DNA of 64,000 nucleotides, from positions 15,872,001 through 15,936,000 of the forward strand of contig JBHGNT010000016.1 of NCBI GenBank assembly GCA_043228905.1, written 5' to 3'. The notes beneath the pieces were generated by a model. The model did no database searches. It saw nothing but the letters and a program-made list of their open reading frames with translations, and had not been told where the DNA came from. Below are positions 26,912 through 37,727 of the stretch, piece by piece; within the stretch, counting starts at the first letter, position 1, and each line of letters begins with the position of its first letter. The stretch comes from Azolla caroliniana (lineage: Eukaryota; Plantae; Polypodiophyta). Both the position numbers and the translations under genes were made by a program.

Positions 26912-29900
26912 CATGCGTGCATGTGCATGTGTGTCTTGGTTTGAGTAGGTGAGTATTTTGTATATACATTGGCATATATATGAAGGCTTGTATGTATGTT
27001 TCTATGTTCAATATGTGTATGTATGTTTGCTTTAGTATGACTATTTGTATCTATGTGCATGTATGGATGTATGCATGGATGAACAGATGTATGTAACCAT
27101 GCATGCCTGCATGTATGTATGGATGCATGTTTACCTGGCATTACATTAAATGTTTGCCATAGAACTCCTCTAGGCACTGAGTCATCATAGGGATATGGAC
27201 CTCTACCATTGATGAGCACCCCGTCAGGGGTCCCCAGTACTTGACCTTTGTCCAAACTTCCCCTCAAAACCTAAAACAAGATAACGAAGAGAGGAAGGTT
27301 GTTGATAATTAGCAACAATTACCTATCTTATGAGGATAGAACTTAATACAAGATCAAGTGTGAGGAAGTTTGTTGATAATTAGCAACAATTACCTATATT
27401 ATGAGGATAGAACTTGATACAAGATCAAGTGTGAGGAAGTTTGTTGATAATTAGCAACAATTACCAATCTTGAGGATAGAGCCTAATACAAGATCAAGAG
27501 TCATAGATATTACATTACCCATAATTATGGTAGATGACTAGGATAACATGTGCAGTCTTGTAGGATCCAAGGGAAATTTTGTGATGCTAACACAACAATA
27601 ACTAATAGCCAAAATCAATATAATGAAGAATGTGCTACAAATGCCGGTGGCCAGGCACTGAGTCATCATAGGAATATGGACCTCTACCATTGATGAGCAC
27701 CCCGTCAGGGGTCCCCAGTACTTGACCTTTGTCCAAACTTCCCCTCAAAACCTAAAACAAGATAACGAAGAGAGGAAGGTTGTTGATAATTAGCAACAAT
27801 TACCTATCTTATGAGGATAGAACTTAATACAAGATCAAGTGTGAGGAAGTTTGTTGATAATTAGCAACAATTACCTATATTATGAGGATAGAACTTGATA
27901 CAAGATCAAGTGTGAGGAAGTTTGTTGATAATTAGCAACAATTACCAATCTTGAGGATAGAGCCTAATACAAGATCAAGAGTCATAGATATTACATTACC
28001 CATAATTATGGTAGATGACTAGGATAACATGTGCAGTCTTGTAGGATCCAAGGGAAATTTTGTGATGCTAACACAACAATAACTAATAGCCAAAATCAAT
28101 ATAATGAAGAATGTGCTACAAATGCCGGTGGCCAGGCACTGAGTCATCATAGGAATATGGACCTCTACCATTGATGAGCACCCCGTCAGGGGTCCCCAGT
28201 ACTTGACCTTTGTCCAAACTTCCCCTCAAAACCTAAAACAAGATAACGAAGAGAGGAAGGTTGTTGATAATTAGCAACAATTACCTATATTATGAGGATA
28301 GAACTTGATACAAGATCAAGTGTGAGGAAGTTTGTTGATAATTAGCAACAATTACCAATCTTGAGGATAGAGCCTAATACAAGATCAAGAGTCATAGATA
28401 TTACATTACCCATAATTATGGTAGATGACTAGGATAACATGTGCAGTCTTGTAGGATCCAAGGGAAATTTTGTGATGCTAACACAACAATAACTAATAGC
28501 CAAAATCAATATAATGAAGAATGTGCTACAAATGCCGGTGGCCAGGCACTGAGTCATCATAGGAATATGGACCTCTACCATTGATGAGCACCCCGTCAGG
28601 GGTCCCCAGTACTTGACCTTTGTCCAAACTTCCCCTCAAAACCTAAAACAAGATAACGAAGAGAGGAAGGTTGTTGATAATTAGCAACAATTACCTATCT
28701 TATGAGGATAGAACTTAATACAAGATCAAGTGTGAGGAAGTTTGTTGATAATTAGCAACAATTACCAATCTTGAGGATAGAGCCTAATACAAGATCAAGA
28801 GTCATAGATATTACATTACCCATAATTATGGTAGATGACTAGGATAACATGTGCAGTCTTGTAGGATCCAAGGGAAATTTTGTGATGCTAACACAACAAT
28901 AACTAATAGCCAAAATCAATATAATGAAGAATGTGCTACAAATGCCGGTGGCCAGGTGATGAATTTCATCTATATTTCCAATGATCTAACAGTGAACATG
29001 AAGTAATTTGCACCCATATGTAAAGACACACCTTGTGACTTGCCGCAACATACCAGTCACCAATCAAGATGGTAATGTCACCATCAGGAAGATCGAAAGG
29101 GACAGCGATGACAACACGATTAGTGATAGTGAAACCCCCAAATCCGCCTGCCGTCCTTTGCAGTCCAAGAGACGGGAAATAGAAATAGCTTCCAATTTGA
29201 TCTTTTACTTGAAATGAGTAGGTCCAGTTCCAACCAGCAGGAATCCCACAATTTGTCCCTGATACACCATCTTGCCATGATGATCTCCTTTGTTGGATAC
29301 CATTCCTATGTTAATAGTTCTTCCCATTAATTATGTGATAAAAAAATACTTATCGCACGATTTGTGCTACAATTTCCACTTAAAATTATGTGATTGATGC
29401 TAATTCTTTGCATTAATTCTGTGACAAATTATTACATTTTCATATGAACTTTGTGCATGGCCCCATGAGTTGTTCGCAATCATCGTGCCATTGAGATTAA
29501 TTGTGGTATGAATGTTAATTGTTCTTGTGAATCACATGTCTGATTTTAATTATTGGCATATAATTGTGTTCTGATTGTGCAACTGCACGAGTTGTCCACA
29601 CAGATTTTGTGATTAATGATGCGCATTCATGATGATTGATTATCATGCTATTAACTTTGAATCCTTCTCTCACTAAAGTTCAGATTTATGAACAATTTTA
29701 ATATTTGATTTATACCAAGTCAGGAGCAAATCTTCATCAAGGCCGTTGTAAACATTGATCAACATGTTGTCGTTAGTGGTTGCTTTGATAGTCGGGCCAG
29801 GAAATTGCCCATTAATGGCAATCACCTAAAACAGAAACAAGGGAAAACAAAATAGTAACCATTAATTTACTCTAATCAACCAATTTGCAGCCAATTCCCC

Positions 29901-30204
29901 AACAAGTGGCAACTAATCACCTATGAACCTACTGAAAATTGACCTCATTCGAAACTAATGAGCTGATTATCAGCTAATACTAACCTAATTAGCATTAATC
30001 TTCTACTTAAGAATCATTTGATACCTGTTGCTTCACGCCGAGGGGGGCTACTGTAATGTAGGACACCACCCACTGCAGCTCAAGGAGCGGATCCAAGCCC
30101 TCTGTTCCTGTGATTACGAGGGTGATTAAGCACACAAGGCTGATTAGTGTAGGGTAATTAAGCTCCCTACGTGTTAATTCTCCTCGTCTTCGTCTTCTAC
30201 CCAT
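25128..30204 (-). CDS. SKU5-similar (SKS) monocopper oxidase-like protein, ~579 aa; exons 30204-30025, 29825-29716, 29305-29032, 27270-27135, 26814-26445, 25986-25603, 25500-25422, 25334-25128
   Basis: GT-AG introns in consistent phase; motifs INGQFPGP, RRSSWQDG, FQVKDQIGSY, PDGVLING, AARPNPQGSF, HLDGYAFFVVG, LDNVGMWNIRS; lacks most Cu-ligand His as expected for SKS; last exon uncertain. Confidence 0.92.
27172..28956. repeat. Tandem array (481, 481, 410, 410 bp) containing the SKS intron-3 acceptor and the first 99 nt of exon 4, with nested 71-bp subrepeats
   Basis: AGGCACTGAGTC at 27172, 27653, 28134, 28544; near-identical units. Confidence 0.95.
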
Positions 30205-30893
30205 ACTGGCTAGGCTATCAGATCATTAAATAAGAGACAATGCATGAATTAAAGAGAAACCCATCCCAGTGTCACTGTCTATGCGTCTCTATCTGTGTCT
30301 GTTGTGTATGTCTGAAAGAGAAAACCCTAATTATATATGTGTGTGTATATATGTATATTCATGTATACATATATGTACATACATAGTAATAAACGTTGTT
30401 TCATTTTATAACATTTATAACCTTCATTTGCCTCTTAGATAAGTTTTCATTGTGTTTGCTAGAAGGCCATCACCGGACCCACCACAAGATAATATAGCAC
30501 ATACATTGTAATATGCGTATATCTATATATGTATGCACATACATTGTATTGTAATAACCATTGTATCAATTTATAACAATTGTTACCTCCATTGTTTTCA
30601 TTTGTGTTTGCCAAATGTCCACGCACAAGCTAATCCCCATGGAAAATGTTCCCGCTTGATAAGTCGAGAAAAAAAGATGAATGGTCTCAACACCACTCAA
30701 AACAATCGCCCAAATATCATATAATTGCTCGAAATTGACTTGTCAAGAGCATCTGGGGAAGAAGAGAAACCTTATAATGCATACGTGAAGATATAGAAAA
30801 CTTGAAGGTGTTTCACAAGCTTTTCCCTTACCCTCGCAATACTTGGTAACCACATTTTTGAAAACATGAATAGTTGGAATGGGAGTACTCATG

Positions 30894-31414
30894 TGTTGGG
30901 AAACAGGTCCCTCCGGATGGGAAGAGAGAATAGCCGAGTTGATGGCCGAGGCTGAAACCGAAATTGTGTAGACAGCCAACTCGGGAGACTATATCTGTAA
31001 ATAGTCGAAATAAGCCTCTGTGGGCTATACTTGTAAATAGTCCGAAAGTTGTACTAGTATATAAGCAAGTAGGGCAAACTTTAGTATGTGAGAGTTGATC
31101 ATTATTGTAAAGTTAGAACGAGGCAGTTCCCTTTGTAACCGTGAGTGAGAGAGTGAGAGTGCAACTTTGTAGCCGTCTGTCAAACGAAGGAGAACTCGCG
31201 GTCATTGCCTTCGAGTTCTGTATCTATACTTCCTCTCTACTATAGTGATCTGTTTTCTCGAGGTTTGTGAACCACTGTGATTTTTCACATTTCAGGTTTT
31301 TCCATGTAAAATATCAGTGTCTCTGTGTCTTCACGTTTTTGTCTATGTACTGATTCTTGGTTTCTGCACACGAATATGAACTTGAAACCGGTTGTGGCCG
31401 GTCGATTCCTAACA
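30894..31414 (+). mobile_element. Solo LTR ~0.7 kb upstream of the SKS start codon
   Basis: TG..CA ends, TSD TCATG. Confidence 0.9.
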
Positions 31415-32912
31415 TCATGAATCGCAACTAGCTTACAACACGTAAAGTAAGGCTATTGAAAAGGTTATCATTAATATCGGTCTTGACAACATACATATGC
31501 TTGTCCTCAACCATGGTACATACAAAATGGTACTTCATTATTATTTCTTTGCATAATACCCTAATGCTTCCATGCCATCTATATGCTTTCATGGTATCAA
31601 TGTGCAAAATAGGATTCTCATTATCCTTGCCAAAATCCTCCTCTAGGCAATCAAATAATATTAAGATCCCTTGCATATTGTGATGTTTTTTTAGTGTTCT
31701 TGCCAGAAGTTGCTTCTTACTCAATTGTTATTCTTTAGCTAGAACATACCACCATCCACCTTTTTGTTGGAGAGATAGGCAAGAGTGAGTATCAATCCCT
31801 CCCGAGCTACTAATGTATAAGATCCTTGTTTCGATCCTACTCTACGTCTTAATCACCTACATACAATCAAGCTTCCATTAGTTCATGCATTACACTTACA
31901 ATCATAAATAGTTAATTACAATGGTAAGGCTTAGAACATACAATTAAGAAAGTAATTATGAGAGAGAGAGAGAGAAAGGCATATGATTAGCATCAAGAGA
32001 ATAAAATGGCAAAAACACTTGCAATATGTGATAGTTAGCATGGGTTGTGGAAGCAAGAATTGAGTAGAAACAAGAATGGAACAAGGCAAGATTAGAACAA
32101 GGACAAGAACAAAAACAATAATATCAACTAAATGCCATGTACAAGGAACACACCACGGTAGTCATGGGTTTTATTCATGAAACATCTATATGAAAAGCCA
32201 ATCAACACAAGTGACAAGACCATCTTAATAGTACGTTGTGAGCTAATAAAGCCCTCTTGATAGTCCAAGTGACACCATAGTGGTCATGTGTTCATGACAT
32301 AGTCTTGGGTTCAAGTCCAGGTGACGCATAATGTTCACAGATTCATGACACTATCCCTCGTCTTAAACGACGAGTGGAAGGAGTTGTTAACAATGCAGGG
32401 CCGGGTTTGTTGGGATAGTGGCGATGGAAGTCGTCGATAAGAGCTTGAGCATTACAAACATTATCCACGGGTTCCCATGTGCGATCGTTTGGGGTATAGC
32501 CTAGCCAATCAACTAGATAATACAACTTATTGCGCCCAATCTTAGAATCGAGAATGGCGGCTACCTTGTACTTTGGGCCATCAACAAGTTGGAGAGGAGG
32601 CGGTGGCGGCACGACATGATTGGGAATCGTGCTAGTGTGGCAAGGTTCCAAAAGAGAGTTGTGAAAGACTGGATGAAGCCGCAAATTTGTAGGAAGATCA
32701 AGACGGAATGTTGCATCATTAATCCGCTTCGTGATGACAAAAGGACCCAAGAGTTTATAATCTAGCTTATCACACAGTCGAGTAGTCTTTATGTGACGGC
32801 ATAACAACCATACCCGATCACCAACCTTGAATGGAGGCTGAAGACGATGTTGATCTATGTGGGCCTTATGTTGGGCTTGAGCTTTCTGAAGATGTGAAGA
32901 CAACTCGGACTG

Positions 32913-33526
32913 TGTTGGGATTACGGTCCCTTCGGATGGGATGGTCGGATGTCGGAGACGAATGCCGACAAGCCCGGTTTCGGTTTCGGAACCGGATGAT
33001 GAAGACCCCGACTTCGGAGCCGGATGACGAATGTACCCGGAGAGAGATCCGGATGCAGGGACATATCCGTGAATATGTCTGCTAAGGGCCCCTGAGGCTA
33101 TAGTTGTAAATAGCCCCAAAGTCATATATGTATAAATATGACTTAGGGCAAATAGTTTTTGTGTTGCTATTCATTTTTCTGTTTTTCCACTCTAGAGGAG
33201 TGAAGAGAGAGCAGCCGTGAGAGAGAGAGAGATAGATCGCGAGAGAGAGAGGAAGAGGTCGACGCCTCTGTGTATTTCCGCCGCCTGTGGCGAGGACAGC
33301 GAGCTCAAGGTCGTCGCCTTGCAGCTCGCCATTGTATACTTCTCTGTATAGTGTTTGGTTTGGAGTCTTGTACTCCCGTGGTTTTTCCCGTCTAGGGTTT
33401 TCCACGTTAATCCCTATGTGTTCGCGTTTTGTTTCTCTTTGTGGTTCCTATTTTCTGCTCCATTGATTCGCGCTTGCTCGGTTGTGGCCGAGTGGTGAAG
33501 GTGAATCGAAGCATCGATTCCCAACA
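32913..33526 (+). mobile_element. Solo LTR inserted in the chromovirus integrase
   Basis: TG..CA ends, TSD GACTG. Confidence 0.9.
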
Positions 33527-34996
33527 GACTGGAGGTGTTGGAGTCGGTGGAGGTGCTACTCCACACTAGGGTTTTGTGAGATCACTACAATGTCCAAGAG
33601 ACACCATTGAGGATGGTTGCCACTATAAGCATAGAAAGGTGTGACCTTGGTAGAAAAGTGTATGGTGTTATTGTATGCAAACTTTGCAAGATGCAATATA
33701 TGACACCAAACATCTTGTTGATAACTGATGAAACATCGAAGATACTGCTCAAGTGTTTGATTTGTGCTTTCTATTTAGCCATCAATTTCAGGATGATATG
33801 TTGAAGAGAGTTTGCAAGAGATTCGGAGCCCGTCACATAGGTGCTTCCAAAAGTGAGAGATAAATTGCAGACCACAATCACTAATTATGTCGTTTGGAAG
33901 ACCATGATGACGAAATACTTCACACATAATGATATCTGTCATTTCTTGACTATTGATGCTATTTACGCAAGGCAAGAAATGTGCCATCTTGGTAAATCGA
34001 TCCACTACGGTTAAAATAGCATCAAAGCCCTGTGAAGGTGGCAGATCTGTAATGAAATCCAGAGAAATTGACTGCCATGGCTTGCTCGGAGTCGGCAATG
34101 GTTGTAACAACCCATAAGGATGATGCCTAGGCATTTTAGCTCGACAACATGTGTCACATGTGCGAACATAATCTTTAACAAATTGTTGTAAATGAGGCCA
34201 CCAAAATGATCGCTTCACTAGGTCCATGGTCTTAGCAATACCAAAGTGTCCAGACATACGGGCATCATGACAGTGCTCCAACACTCGAAGGCGTGGTGAT
34301 CCATCAGGGACAGAAAGGAGATATTTGTAGAAAAGTAAGTTATCTTGCCACTTGAACTCCTTATAGCGTTGAGATGTCCCTAGCAATGTGGAGCAATATG
34401 CATGATTTGGACCAAGGTGGGCGAAGACATCCTTAGCAAAATCATCAGAGTGAAGTTGTTGTCGAATAATATCAAGAACCAGTGGCGTGGCACAAACCGT
34501 GGTTGCTTGTAGTTTTGTTGGACCAAGGAGAACTTGCCTTTGATTGTCAAAAGCTGGATCTCCAAGACGAAGTGCCAAATATGAGCGTCGAGATAGAGCA
34601 TTTGCTTGCCCTTCTTGTTTCCTTGGGCGGAAAATGATCTTGAAATCAAAACGAGTTAAAAATTGCGCCCACCAAGCTTGTCGCCTATTTAGCACTCGAG
34701 CAGTCTGAAAATATATAAGGTTTTTGTTGTCACTATAAATGATGATTTGATGAGGCGAACCTTCCAAAAAATGTCGCCATTGCGCAAAAGAGTCGACCAC
34801 AGCTAGTAACTCTTTGTCATGCACCTCGTAGTTGATCTCCGCAACATTAAATTTTCTTGAGTGAAATGCGACTGGATGCAACTGCCCATCTTCACCTGGT
34901 TGTAATAGGATGCTCCCCAATGCAAAGTCGGATGCGTCTGCCTCAATGATAAATGACTTTTTTGGATCAACATGAGCTAAGACAGGAGGTGATGTG

Positions 34997-36993
34997 TGTC
35001 AAGATTCAAACTCTTGACATAACCATGTTGTAATCGAGTGTTATGTGTTAACCACACATCTAACATATAATCATGTATATACTTCCTCACTGTAGGTTTT
35101 AGCTAGCATCATGTGCATAATTTCTCCCTTGTATTATTAACACTTGGCACATGCATGCGTACCTACTGCCTACATGCTCTATTGTATCACATGCGTGCAA
35201 TAGGTATGCATGCCACTCAGTATAAATAGTTGAGTTCACCTTGAAGGAATTCAAGGTGAACAACGCCAGTCATGGACATATCAATCTAGTATTCCCATTT
35301 CGCCCATCCTCTCTCCTTGATCTTCATCTCTATCTTTATGCTCTTGTTCCTCGCGTCATCGCTCCGTCATAGCCTCACCATCCGTGCTCTATCTTAGTCC
35401 GCGCTTGGTGTGTCCATGACAGTTTGTTCACCTTCCAACTAGAAGCATCACCCGTCTTCGTCATCGCCTTTGCTTCTAGAGTTACCATCGTCACCGTACC
35501 ATCATCAACATCGCTTCATTTCCTATCTTCCTCGCCGTTTCTATCTCCTAGTTTCTTCTCATAATTTTCATTGGCTTTTAGTTCTCCTCATCATTGTCTC
35601 TATTTTTTAGTTTCTTTCCCGTTCGTGTTCGTGTTCTAGTTCCCAGTGAGGGCCACATGGTCACTCACGCCTGTTCGTGTTCCAGTTCCCGGTGAGGGCT
35701 GCATGGTCGCTCACGTACATTCATGTTCCAGTTCCCGGTGAGGGCCGCATGGTCGCTCACGCACGTTCGTGTTCCAGTTCCCGGTGAGGGCCACATGGTC
35801 ACTCACGCCCATTCGTGTTCTTGTGCCCGGTGAGGGCCGCATGGTCGCTCACTCACGTTCGTGTTCCAGTCTCCGGTGAGGACCGCACATGGTTGCTCAT
35901 GCCCATTGCGGCTCATGTTCCAGTTCTCGGTGAGAACCTCACATGGTCGCTCACGCCCGTTGGTGTTTGTGTTCCAACTCTCGGCGAGGACCAACATGGT
36001 CTCTCATGCCCGTTGGTGTTCGTGTTCCAGTCTCCAGTGAGGACCACACATGGTCACTCACTCCAACTATTGTTTGTGTTCCAGATCCCGGTGAGGACCG
36101 ACATGGTTCCTCATGCCTGTTGTTGTTCATGTTCTAGTTCCCTGTGAGGACCACACATCGTCGATTACTCTCGTTTGTGTTCCTGTTCCTGGTGAGGGCC
36201 ACATGGTCGCTCACTCGTTTGTGTTCCATTTCTCGGTGAGGACATCATGGTTGCTCACGCCCGTTGGTGTTCGTGTTCCAACTCTCAGCGAGGACCGTTC
36301 CAGTTCCCGACAAGGATGCCCCTTGGTGTTCATGCTCCCCGTGAGGACCGCACATGGTCGCTCACACCCGTTGATATTTGTGTTCTAGTTCTAGGCGAGG
36401 ACCACACATAGTCGCTCATGCCCGTTGGTGTTAAATACCTCGTCTTGTGGAAGGGTTACTCCTTGTCTAGGGTTTACAAAATACTTTGGAGGTGATCTAA
36501 GATTTTCATCAACAATATCCCCTTAAGCCGACAAACAATTTGGGAAGGCATCATTGGAGGGGTGATAATGTCAAGATTCGAACTCTTGACATAACCATGT
36601 TGTAATCGAGTGTTATGTGCTAACCACACATCTAACATATAGTCATGTATATATTTCCTCATTGTAGGTTTTAGCTAGCATCATGTGTATAATTTCTCCC
36701 TTGTATTCTTAACACTTGGCACATGCATGTGTACCTACTGCCTACATGCTCTATTGTATCACATGCGTGCAACAGGTATGCATGCCACTCAGTATAAATA
36801 GTTCAGTTCACCTTGAAGGAATTCAAGGTGAACAACGCCAGTCATGGACATATCAATCTAGTATTCCCATTTCGCCCATCCTCTCTCCTTGATCTTCATC
36901 TCTATCTTTATGCTCTTGTTCCTCGCGTCATCGCTCTATCATAGCCTCATCATTCGTGCTCTATCTTAGTGCGTGCTTGGTGTGTCCATGACA
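34997..36993 (+). mobile_element. Non-coding non-autonomous LTR element (TRIM/LARD-like); LTRs 34997-35421 and 36569-36993
   Basis: 425-bp LTRs, TSD ATGTG, PPT GGAGGGGTGATAA before 36569, self-priming site 35424-35434, no retroelement ORF. Confidence 0.93.
35620..36432. repeat. Minisatellite of ~46-52-bp units (~16 copies)
   Basis: Consensus GTTCGTGTTCCAGTTCCCGGTGAGGGCCGCATGGTCGCTCACGCCC. Confidence 0.9.
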
Positions 36994-37256
36994 ATGTGAA
37001 TGCCTCTTTCAACTGAGTAAAGGCTTTGTCTACTTCAGGAGTCCAAATGAATGCTGGATTTCTCTTGGTGAGTTGAGTGAGCAGCAATACAATCTTTGAA
37101 TAATTCCATATGAATTTGTAGTAGAAGTTGGCAAATCCAAGGAAACACTGGACATTGCGAACGGAACTTGGAGTATGTCATTCCAATATTGTTTGAACTT
37201 TCGTTAGATCCATGAAGATACCTTTGGAAGAAATGGTATAACGCAAGAACTCAACT

Positions 37257-37727
37257 TCTTTGCAATCAAAACTGCACTTCTCCAATTTGGCATAAAGAAC
37301 ATACTCTCTTAAGTGTTGGAGTACCTTCCGCACATGTATATCATGCTCCGCCTGTGTTCTAGAGTAAATCAATAGATCATCTAAATAGATGATGAGAAAG
37401 ATATCTAGAAATTCTTTGCAATCAAAACTGCACTTCTCCAATTTGGCATAAAGACCATACTCTCTTAAGTGTTGGAGTACCTTCCGCACATGTATATCAT
37501 GCTCCGCCTGTGTTCTAGAGTAAATCAATAGATCATATAAATAGATGATGAGAAAGATATCTAGAAATTCTTTGCAATCAAAACTGCACTTCTCCAATTT
37601 GGCATAAAGACCATACTCTCTTAAGTGTTGGAGTACCTTCCGCACATGTATATCATGCTCCGCCTGTGTTCTAGAGTAAATCAATAGATCATCTAAATAG
37701 ATGATGAGAAAGATATCTAGAAATTCT
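37257..37727 (-). repeat. In-frame 156-bp (52-aa) triplication within RT
   Basis: CTAGAAATTC at 37405, 37561, 37717; EFLDIFLIIYL(D/Y)D..CSFDCK three times. Confidence 0.95.

Noticed and set aside
32343-33125. 260-aa chromodomain ORF as a host gene
   Set aside because: Chance in-frame fusion of solo-LTR sequence to the chromovirus integrase C-terminus
35620-36432. CRISPR-like appearance of the 46-52-bp array
   Set aside because: Units are contiguous degenerate tandem repeats with no unique spacers and no cas genes, inside a plant LTR element
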